Assembly: GCA_963718865.1 (NCBI GenBank)
Contig: CAVRAE010000003.1
Span: 859,518-923,517 of the forward strand
Source: an uncultured Gammaproteobacteria bacterium
Lineage (GTDB): Bacteria; Pseudomonadota; Gammaproteobacteria; Steroidobacterales; Steroidobacteraceae
Length of the DNA stretch: 64,000 nt
Reading direction: 5' to 3'
Part shown: piece after piece, positions 46,210 to 52,899 of the stretch
How the letters are laid out: every line of letters starts with the position of its first letter
How positions within the stretch are numbered: the stretch's first letter is position 1
Made by a program: the position numbers and the translations under genes
The notes under the pieces: generated by a model
Told to the model about the DNA's origin: nothing
The model's database searches: none
Seen by the model: only the letters and a program-made list of their open reading frames with translations

Positions 46210-46581
46210 ATGCGCCTACCTTGCGCCAGACTCATCGCCACCCTCGCCCTCGGCACGATCCTCGCCGGCTGCGTGTATCGCATGGACATCCAGCAGGGTA
46301 ACTACCTTGAGGGCAAGACCGTGGACAAGCTCGAGGCCGGCATGACCCGCAGCCAGGTGCGGTACCTCCTCGGCACGCCCATGGTTCCGGACCTGTTTGA
46401 CAAGGATCGCTGGGACTACCTCTACTATTTCGAGGGACGGCGCAAGAAGTCCGCGCGCCGGCACCTGGTGGTGTTCTTCAAGGACGACAAGGTCACGCAC
46501 TTCGATCGGGAAAACGTGCCCAACTCCGAGCCGCAGGCGCCGGACCAGGGCCCGACACCCTCGCAGTTCCCGCGCATCTGA
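46210..46581 (+). CDS. bamE: outer-membrane assembly lipoprotein BamE (SmpA/OmlA)
   Basis: Lipobox LAGC, then YRMDIQQGNYLEGKTVDKLEAGMTRSQVRYLLGTP. Divergent from fur, as in Pseudomonas and Xanthomonas. Confidence 0.85.
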   Translation: MRLPCARLIATLALGTILAGCVYRMDIQQGNYLEGKTVDKLEAGMTRSQVRYLLGTPMVPDLFDKDRWDYLYYFEGRRKKSARRHLVVFFKDDKVTHFDRENVPNSEPQAPDQGPTPSQFPRI

Positions 46582-46586
46582 CCGCA

Positions 46587-46661
46587 GCCGGCCAAAGTCA
46601 CGCCTTTGGCCGGCGGCAACGGCGCCACTGTCCGCCGAAATCGCTTCGAAGCGATTTCGGC
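46587..46661. terminator. two GC-rich hairpins between convergent bamE and rnfH
   Basis: GCCGGCCAAAG-TCACGC-CTTTGGCCGGC (46587-46614) and the perfect palindrome GCCGAAATCGCTTCGAAGCGATTTCGGC (46634-46661). Confidence 0.5.
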
Positions 46662-46668
46662 CAATGGA

Positions 46669-46998
46669 CTAACGACGGTTTGCCGCCGATCGCTCGCGCT
46701 GCACCCGCTCACGGCGCCGCTCGCGCGGATCGCGGCGCAGCGGGCGGTACAGCTCGATGCGGTCACCGTCCGCAAATTCATCGCTGCGCCGCCGCGGCTG
46801 CCCGAATATGCCCAGCGGCGCGCTGTCCCAGGGAATCGCGGCGCACGCAGCCGTGCCGGTGCACGCGGCACGCGCGGCCTCGAGCGCCTGCGCGATGGTC
46901 GCCGCGAGCGGCAACTCCACGCTCCACAGATACTGTCGTTCGCGGGTGGCGTAGGCGACCACGCAACGCTTGCGATCCTCAGCGCCCGGCACGCCCAC
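46669..46998 (-). CDS. rnfH: RnfH/YfjF (UPF0125) ubiquitin-fold protein
   Basis: [18 protein letters not shown]...GIFGQ...[17 protein letters not shown] matches the E. coli RnfH pattern. The gene sits 3 nt after the ratA stop. Confidence 0.8.
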   Translation of the reverse strand: MGVPGAEDRKRCVVAYATRERQYLWSVELPLAATIAQALEAARAACTGTAACAAIPWDSAPLGIFGQPRRRSDEFADGDRIELYRPLRRDPRERRRERVQRERSAANRR

Positions 46999-47001
46999 CG
47001 C

Positions 47002-47421
47002 CTAGCTGCGTGCCCGCACTACGAATGCGTCCACCAGCGAGCCGAGGGTCTGGGCAAACAGCGGTTCGAACAATATTCCGGTGAGGGTGCTCTTGAACGC
47101 GAAGCGCATGGCGAGCTCCACCCGGCAACCCGAATCGACCGGTGTCAGCAGCCACTGCCCCTCCAGGGTACGAAACGGGCCGCTGACGAGCTCCATGTTG
47201 ACGGCGCGGTCCGGCTCGAGCTTATTGCGGGTGGTGAACTCCCCCGTGAGGGCCCCCTGCCGCACCCCGAGCGTCGCGACGATTTCGCGCGGCGTGCGCG
47301 ACTGCACCCGTGTGTGTGTGCACCAGGGCAGGAACTGCGGGTAGCTCTCGATGTCATTGATGAGCGCGAAGAGCTTCGCCGGCGGCTGGCTTACGAGCGC
47401 TGAGCGCTTGACCTCTCGCAT
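47002..47421 (-). CDS. ratA: SRPBCC/START-fold ribosome-association toxin RatA (Coq10-like)
   Basis: [29 protein letters not shown]. Conserved ratA-rnfH context next to smpB. Start at ATG 47421. Confidence 0.85.
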   Translation of the reverse strand: MREVKRSALVSQPPAKLFALINDIESYPQFLPWCTHTRVQSRTPREIVATLGVRQGALTGEFTTRNKLEPDRAVNMELVSGPFRTLEGQWLLTPVDSGCRVELAMRFAFKSTLTGILFEPLFAQTLGSLVDAFVVRARS

Positions 47422-47448
47422 GGCGCATTGTCCCATTACGCCCCCCGT

Positions 47449-47916
47449 ATGACCAAAAGCAACGACTCGTCCCGACTGATCGCCGAGAACCGCCGGGCGC
47501 GCTTCGACTACTTCATCGAGGAGCGTTACGAAGCGGGCCTGGCGCTTGAGGGTTGGGAAGTCAAGGCCATGCGGGCCGGACGGGCGCAGCTGGCGGAAGC
47601 GTACGTCTACCTGCGCGGCGGGGAGGCATTTCTCATCGGCGCGCACCTGACTCCGCTGCGCACTACTTCCACCCATGTCGTTGCCGACCCGGTGCGAACA
47701 CGCAAGCTGCTGCTGCACTACAGCGAGCTGCAGGGCCTGATCGGCGCGGTGGAGCGTCGCGGCTATACCATCGTGCCGCTGGAGCTGTACTGGAAGAACG
47801 GGCGCGCGAAGCTGCAGGTGGGACTTGCCAAGGGCAAGAAACAACACGACAAGCGCGCCGTGCAGAAGGATCGCGACTGGCAGCGCAGCAAGGCGCGGCT
47901 GCTGCGGCGCGGCTGA
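47449..47916 (+). CDS. smpB: SsrA-binding protein SmpB
   Basis: [32 protein letters not shown]...TRKLLLH..E...L.....[28 protein letters not shown]. Confidence 0.95.
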   Translation: MTKSNDSSRLIAENRRARFDYFIEERYEAGLALEGWEVKAMRAGRAQLAEAYVYLRGGEAFLIGAHLTPLRTTSTHVVADPVRTRKLLLHYSELQGLIGAVERRGYTIVPLELYWKNGRAKLQVGLAKGKKQHDKRAVQKDRDWQRSKARLLRRG

Positions 47917-47929
47917 CAGCGGCTGCCTG

Positions 47930-47968
47930 CAAACAAAAGCCCCGGCGCACCTCGCGGCGCGCCGCGGC
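47930..47968 (-). terminator. GC-rich imperfect hairpin followed by a T-tract, downstream of the DUF481 gene
   Basis: On the minus strand, a GC-rich stem-loop (GGCGCGCCGCGAGGTGCGCCGGGGC region) is followed by TTTTGTTTG. Confidence 0.4.
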
Positions 47969-47988
47969 CTGATTACTGGCCAGAGTTT

Positions 47989-48807
47989 TTACTGCGGAGC
48001 GAGCTGCGGATTCTTCAGCTCGTACACGAGGTTCAGCGTCGTCAGACCGTTCGACTTGGAGACCCCGGCCGGCACCTTGCTGTTGTTCACCACCTGGTAG
48101 GCTGCGGCGAGCGAGAACCGGGTGCTCATTTTCACTTGCAGCCCGACCCCAAACGTCGTCACGGTGTCGGCAGAACTGGACACCACTCCCAGATTCGCGA
48201 AGACACTGGTCGAGGGGTTGAAGGTGTGCTGGAAGCTGACCGCGCCGGTGGCTGCCACGTTGGACGTCGACGCACCCTGGATGCGGAAGAAGTGGCCTGC
48301 CACATTCGGGTCGGCGATCAGCTGCTCCGGCTGCAGGCGCTGTTCACCGATACCGACCTGCGCGCTGAGCTTGGTGTCGGCGTCGTTGATGATCTGATAC
48401 CCGACACCGGTGTCGATCATTTCCTGGTACACGAAGCCGCTGAACTTGTTGTCGTCGTAGTTCACACCGGCGAACCAGTACAGGTCGCCGGAAATGGTGT
48501 AGTTCGCCTGGAACTCGGCCCCGACGTCCTGGGCGCTCGTGACGTTCTGGGTAGAGCCGTACAGACCCTGGGCTCCGAACAGGAACTTCCAGGCATCTAC
48601 GGTGTGCGCCGCACGAAACATGAAGTTGGCGCTCGTGGTGTCCGAGGTGCCGCTGGTCTTGGCGTATCCGGCGAGCGCTCGCATCGCCCAATCCGGGACG
48701 TCCGCTGCCGGCGCAGCCGGTGCGCAATTGCACCCCGCGTCGTCCGCATAAGCCAGGCCACTAAAAGCAACGACTGCCAGAACTAAAAATAAAGCTTGCT
48801 TCCGCAT
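47989..48807 (-). CDS. DUF481-family (YdiY-like) outer-membrane beta-barrel protein
   Basis: Signal peptide ending AYA. Amphipathic beta-strand periodicity. Blocks typical of DUF481 (GYAKTSGTSDT, LYWFAGVNYDDNKFSGF, TGVGYQ). Confidence 0.7.
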   Translation of the reverse strand: MRKQALFLVLAVVAFSGLAYADDAGCNCAPAAPAADVPDWAMRALAGYAKTSGTSDTTSANFMFRAAHTVDAWKFLFGAQGLYGSTQNVTSAQDVGAEFQANYTISGDLYWFAGVNYDDNKFSGFVYQEMIDTGVGYQIINDADTKLSAQVGIGEQRLQPEQLIADPNVAGHFFRIQGASTSNVAATGAVSFQHTFNPSTSVFANLGVVSSSADTVTTFGVGLQVKMSTRFSLAAAYQVVNNSKVPAGVSKSNGLTTLNLVYELKNPQLAPQ

Positions 48808-49058
48808 TGCAAAATCCCTCAGTCCATATGGAGTTAACGTAACGTGCGCACCTTAGCCGGAGGTCTTGGTCGAGACAATCCGTTGCATAAAAACGACACC
48901 GGCCGCGGCGCGGGCGCGATTGTGCCACAACCCGCTGAACGCGTTCGGGTATGCTGCGGGTGAACCTTGAGGGGGCGACCGGTTTCGACGTGGGTTGCGA
49001 ACCTTCAGGGGCGTACCGAGGCGCAGTGCCCTCGTAAATAATGCTGCAAAACTTAGTT

Positions 49059-49091
49059 GCCAACGACGACAACTACGCTCTAGCTGCCTAA
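49059..49091 (+). other. tmRNA tag reading frame (ANDDNYALAA, TAA stop)
   Basis: GCC AAC GAC GAC AAC TAC GCT CTA GCT GCC TAA, with the typical upstream ...CGTAAATAATGCTGCAAAACTTAGTT context. Confidence 0.9.
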
Positions 49092-49306
49092 CCGCAGTTG
49101 ACCTCTGACCGGCTCGTGCCTGTGCGACCGAATCAGGGGACGCGTTCACAGGATCGCGCTCCGGCGTGCGACAGGCCGGTTGCGTTAAGAGTTACTGTCC
49201 GCTGGCGTTGCGTCTTCCCTGCTCCTCGGGTAGCGCCGCGTGAGAAAAAAAGAGCGAGCTACGTACGTAGATCCTGAAGTCTAGGACTTGCGGACGGGGG
49301 TTCGAT

Positions 49307-49600
49307 CAATGGGTCGCACCAGGCCGCGAGGCCTGGTTTGAAAACGGAGCTCACATCGGTGAAACCTGACGGCGTCCTCTTCGAGGGCGGCATGGCAACG
49401 CCGAGGGGTAGGAAGAGGGCCAACTTCAGGCCTGCCCTGTAGAGACTCATAGACCCGCCGACGGCTCTTGGGCCGCGGGCGGGCACTAGGATCCGCGCTC
49501 GCAGCAACGAGGCGGATAACACGCTCCGCATCCATGCACTCTTTGTGGGTGCGTGGATGAAGGCATAGTCCAGCCCGCGGCGAAAGCCACGGAAATGCTG
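49307..49600 (+). ncRNA. group I intron (IC3-like) inserted in the tmRNA T-loop
   Basis: The 5' exon ends in U. P1 is CGAU/GUCG with a U-G wobble. The last intron nucleotide is G. R-like GUAGAGACUCAUAGACC and S-like AAGGCAUAGUCC elements form P7 with a bulged C. P3 is GGUUU/AGACC. There are GNRA-capped hairpins. No internal ORF. Confidence 0.8.
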
Positions 49601-49620
49601 TCCCCCCGCCTCCACCAACT

Positions 49621-49657
49621 GAGCGGTTCCCGGTGCCAAAACACCGGGAACCGGCTC
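49621..49657 (+). terminator. 15-bp hairpin immediately after the tmRNA 3' end
   Basis: GAGCGGTTCCCGGTG-CCAAAA-CACCGGGAACCGGCTC with one bulge. No U-tract. Confidence 0.5.
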
Positions 49658-49772
49658 CTGCTGAGATTGCTTATCTCGCCGAAGTGCGGCCCCCTGTCGC
49701 GAACCCGACATGTTCTTGTGGCAGGCGCGGTACTACACTACGCATGCGGATCTGACTTTCTCAGGACTCGCC

Positions 49773-50021
49773 ATGGCGACAAAAATAACAACCAAGGGGC
49801 AGGTGACCCTGCCCAAGAAAGCACGCGAGGCGTTGCACGTGTGTCCTGGGGACTGCGTGGAATTCAGCATCGACGAGAGCGGCTCGGTCATCGTGTACAA
49901 GGCGCCGTCCACACCCGCGTCGGCGTCACTGCGCCGCGAGCGCCTCGCTCAGCCACGCGCCGAAGCGCTGCGCCGCCAGCGCGCGGCCGAATTCGAAGAG
50001 TTGCTGCGGGAACTGGACTGA
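49773..50021 (+). CDS. AbrB/MazE/SpoVT-family antitoxin-like DNA-binding protein (no adjacent toxin gene)
   Basis: MATKITTKGQVTLPKKAREALHVCPGDCVEFSIDESGSVIV is a swapped-hairpin AbrB-type motif. It is followed by a charged helical tail. Confidence 0.7.
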   Translation: MATKITTKGQVTLPKKAREALHVCPGDCVEFSIDESGSVIVYKAPSTPASASLRRERLAQPRAEALRRQRAAEFEELLRELD

Positions 50022-50050
50022 CGCGCGCCCGCGGGTGCGCCAGAGCGCTC

Positions 50051-50971
50051 TCAGGAGTGCCGGCCGTCGAGGGATGTGAGTACGCCGTAAAGGTCCGGAC
50101 GCCGGTCCCGGAACACGAACCAGTTGTCGCGCAGCTGCGCAATCGCGGTGAGATCGAAAGTGTGTGTCAGCACCGCATCGCCCTCCTCGGGCGCCTCGGC
50201 GAGCTTCGCCCCCATGGCATCCGCGATGAACGATGAGCCGTAGAAACGGATGTACAGACCCTGCGGATCCTGCAGCGAGCGCTCCAGTCCATAACGGTTG
50301 GACGCGATCAGCGGCGTGAGATTGGCGGCCGCGTGGCCCTGCTGGGTGCGCTGCCAGTGATCGCGTGAATTCACCGGCAGCGCCGGCGGGGGCTCGGTGC
50401 CGATCGCCGTCGGGAAGAAGAACAGCTCCGCGTCCATGAGCGCCATGACGCGCGCGGTCTCCGGGAACCACTGGTCCCAGCAGATGCCCACCCCGATGCG
50501 CGCGAAGCGCGTGTTCCACACGCGAAAACCACTGTCGCCGGGAGAGAAGTAGTTCTTCTCCTGGTAGCCGGGACCGTTGGGGATGTGCGACTTGCGGTAC
50601 ACGCCGAGATTGCTGCCATCGGCATCGAGGATGGCGATGCTGTTGAAGTACGCAGGTCCCGCGCGTTCGAAGAAGCTGATCGGCAGCACGACGCCGAGCT
50701 CGCGCGCAATCGGCGCGAAATGCCGCACGGCGCGATTTTCCGCCACCGGCCGGGCGAGCGCGAGGTGGCGCGCATCCTGCTCGATGCAGAAGTACGGCGT
50801 TTCGAACAGCTCCGGCAGCAGGATGATCTGTGCACCCTGGGCGGCGGCCTTGCGCACCAGCGCTTCGGCGCGTGCGATGTTGCCGTCGGCGTTCCAGTCG
50901 CACGCCATCTGGATCGCCGCGACCGCGACCAGGCGCGGCGGCCGCTGAAAGTGTTCCGGTTGCTGCGGCAT
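50051..50971 (-). CDS. aguB: N-carbamoylputrescine amidase (CN-hydrolase family)
   Basis: LPELFETPYFC, YRKSHIPNGPGYQEKNYFSPGD and IGVGICWDQWFPE (catalytic Glu-Lys-Cys) closely match AguB. Confidence 0.85.
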   Translation of the reverse strand: MPQQPEHFQRPPRLVAVAAIQMACDWNADGNIARAEALVRKAAAQGAQIILLPELFETPYFCIEQDARHLALARPVAENRAVRHFAPIARELGVVLPISFFERAGPAYFNSIAILDADGSNLGVYRKSHIPNGPGYQEKNYFSPGDSGFRVWNTRFARIGVGICWDQWFPETARVMALMDAELFFFPTAIGTEPPPALPVNSRDHWQRTQQGHAAANLTPLIASNRYGLERSLQDPQGLYIRFYGSSFIADAMGAKLAEAPEEGDAVLTHTFDLTAIAQLRDNWFVFRDRRPDLYGVLTSLDGRHS

Positions 50972-50988
50972 CGGCTCGGCCTTTCGCG

Positions 50989-51948
50989 CTAGCGGCTCTT
51001 GCGGTCCGCAAGCGACTGCCTGACCTGCTCGGTGATGCGCGTCGCCGTCTCGAGCGCCATGAGTCCGGCCTCGCCGGTAACCACGGGCGGTGTGCCGTTG
51101 CGGATGCAGCCCAGGAACGCTTCGATTTCCGCCTTGAGCGCATCGCCCTGCTCGAGGCTTTGTTCCTCGATGGTGACGGGCAAGGGCCCCGCGCCGTCCG
51201 CGGCGGTACGCTTGCGGATCAGCGTCACGATCTTCTGCTGCAGGTCGAGCGACAGGTAAGCATCGTCCTCGAAGATGCGCAGCTTGCGCTCGGTCTTGAC
51301 GCTCACGCGCGAGGCGGTGGCATTGGCCACGCAGCCGTTGGCGAAGCGGATGCGGGCGTTGGCGATGTCGATTTCCTCCGAAAACACCGGCGTGCCGATG
51401 GCGTCGATGGACACGATCGGCGCGCCCACGATGGTCTGTACGATATCGATGTCGTGGATCATCAGGTCCAGCACCACGTTCACATCGGTGCCGCGCTCGC
51501 GGTAGGGCGCCATGCGATGACACTCCACGAACCGCGGTGACTTCAGATACGGCTCAGCGGCGAGAATCGCCGCGTTGAAACGCTCCAGGTGCCCCACCTG
51601 CAGGACGCGTTTTGCCCGCGCGGCGATCGCGATCAGCTCGCGCGCCTCGGCGGGGGTCTCGGTGATCGGCTTCTCGACCAGCACGTGCGCACCGGCCTGA
51701 AGAAAATCACGCGCGATGGCGAAATGAGTCGGCGTGGGTGTGACGATACTCACCGCGTCCACCTGTCCGAGGAGCCCGTTGTAGTCGCTCAGGGCCTGCG
51801 CTTTGACTTCCCCTGCCACCTGCTCGCGCGCCTGGGCGCGCGAGTCGACCACGGCGATGAGCTCGCAGCCTGCCGCCTGCGCGTACTTCTGCGCATGGAA
51901 GCGCCCGAGGTAGCCGACGCCGATGACTGCGACTCTGATTTTCTCCAT
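50989..51948 (-). CDS. Gfo/Idh/MocA-family NAD(P)-dependent oxidoreductase
   Basis: MEKIRVAVIGVGYLGRFHAQKY Rossmann motif and the EKP motif (VLVEKPI). Confidence 0.85.
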   Translation of the reverse strand: MEKIRVAVIGVGYLGRFHAQKYAQAAGCELIAVVDSRAQAREQVAGEVKAQALSDYNGLLGQVDAVSIVTPTPTHFAIARDFLQAGAHVLVEKPITETPAEARELIAIAARAKRVLQVGHLERFNAAILAAEPYLKSPRFVECHRMAPYRERGTDVNVVLDLMIHDIDIVQTIVGAPIVSIDAIGTPVFSEEIDIANARIRFANGCVANATASRVSVKTERKLRIFEDDAYLSLDLQQKIVTLIRKRTAADGAGPLPVTIEEQSLEQGDALKAEIEAFLGCIRNGTPPVVTGEAGLMALETATRITEQVRQSLADRKSR

Positions 51949-52013
51949 GGGAACGCTATTATGCCCGCGCGAGCGTGCGATACCGGACAGGTTGCAGGAG
52001 TGGCGTCTTAATA

Positions 52014-52361
52014 ATGGTGACATCGACTGATGCACAGGGCAGCGGTCCGCGGGAACGGCTGGCACGGCTGCGCGGTTCCCTGGGCGAGCGGCCGCGGGTA
52101 CAGCGCGAGCTCATCCTCTTCGCCCTGCTGATGCTCTTCGGACTCATCGTGATGCCGTTCGTGATCTGGATCGCCAGCGACCACGTGCTCGGGCCCTATA
52201 CCCACGGGCAGAACCTGCACGCCGGCCCGCTGGCGCTTGTTGCAGACTATTACACCGGCCTGGCACACGGCTCGGCGGTGTTCTGGAGCGTGGCGCTGGG
52301 ACCAGCCGTCGTGGTGCTCCTGATCCGGCTGTTCCTGGCCGGCTGGCGCGCGCTGCCTTAG
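52014..52361 (+). CDS. hypothetical small membrane protein (2-3 transmembrane segments)
   Basis: Hydrophobic segments LILFALLMLFGLIVMPFVIWIA and VFWSVALGPAVVVLLIRLFLAG. The start is uncertain (GTG 51975 or ATG 52014). Confidence 0.4.
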   Translation: MVTSTDAQGSGPRERLARLRGSLGERPRVQRELILFALLMLFGLIVMPFVIWIASDHVLGPYTHGQNLHAGPLALVADYYTGLAHGSAVFWSVALGPAVVVLLIRLFLAGWRALP

Positions 52362-52528
52362 TGCAATCGGCGAAAATCGCAAGGGAAGCGATCTTCGCAG
52401 ACATCAGCTGCGTTTCCGCCGGCCAAAAGCGGGGCTCGTTGCCCAGTCTGTTCCGATCACCGCGGCAGCCGAGCACTTCAAAAGCCACGCCGGCGCAGGG
52501 GTTTTGGCCGGCTGCGGCGGCGCCCGCC

Positions 52529-52816
52529 TCACTTCGGCCAGTACAACCAGACCGCCACTGAGAACATCGCCAGCATCGCGGCATGCGCGCCCAGGCGCCA
52601 TGGCCGCGCGCGCTGCTCGGCATAAAAGCTCCAGCTGGCAATTGCGGCAAATGCCGTGAAAACCAGTACCGCGCGCACCAGGGCGGGTTGTTCGGGGGCG
52701 AAACGCTGCTCGTTGGCGGGCATGAACAGGATCACGATCCACGTCATGATGAGCCCGGTCGCCAGGGCGACCGCGGAACCCGCGAGAATGGCCAGAAGTG
52801 CCGCCAGAGGCCGCAT
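52529..52816 (-). CDS. hypothetical small membrane protein (3 transmembrane segments)
   Basis: 95 aa and strongly hydrophobic. No recognisable family. Confidence 0.4.
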   Translation of the reverse strand: MRPLAALLAILAGSAVALATGLIMTWIVILFMPANEQRFAPEQPALVRAVLVFTAFAAIASWSFYAEQRARPWRLGAHAAMLAMFSVAVWLYWPK

Positions 52817-52899
52817 GTTGTGACAACCTTACTTGCTAAAGGCGAACCGACCGCTCTAGCCTTACTCTATAGAGTGTACCCAAGCGGCGAGCCCATAAG

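Larger units (their letters stand above)
48971..49617 (+). ncRNA. ssrA: tmRNA (ssrA), interrupted in the T-loop by a 294-nt intron (exons 48971-49306 and 49601-49617)
   Basis: 5' GGGGGCGACCGGTTTCGACG. The tag frame encodes ANDDNYALAA followed by a stop. The 5' T-arm GGGGGTTCGAT is at 49296-49306; the 3' T-arm plus acceptor TCCCCCCGCCTCCACCA is at 49601-49617. The acceptor GGGGGCG/CGCCTCC has the G3-U pair. Confidence 0.9.

Noticed and set aside
49307-49321. GGGTCGCACCA right after the half T-arm as an alternative tmRNA 3' end
   Set aside because: The seven bases before ACCA cannot pair with the 5' GGGGGCG, and there is no complementary T-stem. The proper partner sequence is at 49601-49617.
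49618-50050. Genomic island or prophage integrated at ssrA
   Set aside because: No integrase was found and no direct repeat of the tmRNA 3' end. Only about 430 bp separate ssrA from the core gene aguB. At most this is a remnant (see the AbrB finding).
49259-50236. ORFs 49259-49711 (minus) and 49553-50236 (plus) as a possible intron-encoded homing endonuclease
   Set aside because: They cross the exon-intron boundaries and extend into flanking DNA. They have no LAGLIDADG, GIY-YIG, HNH or His-Cys box motifs and have shadow-ORF composition. The intron appears to lack any ORF.
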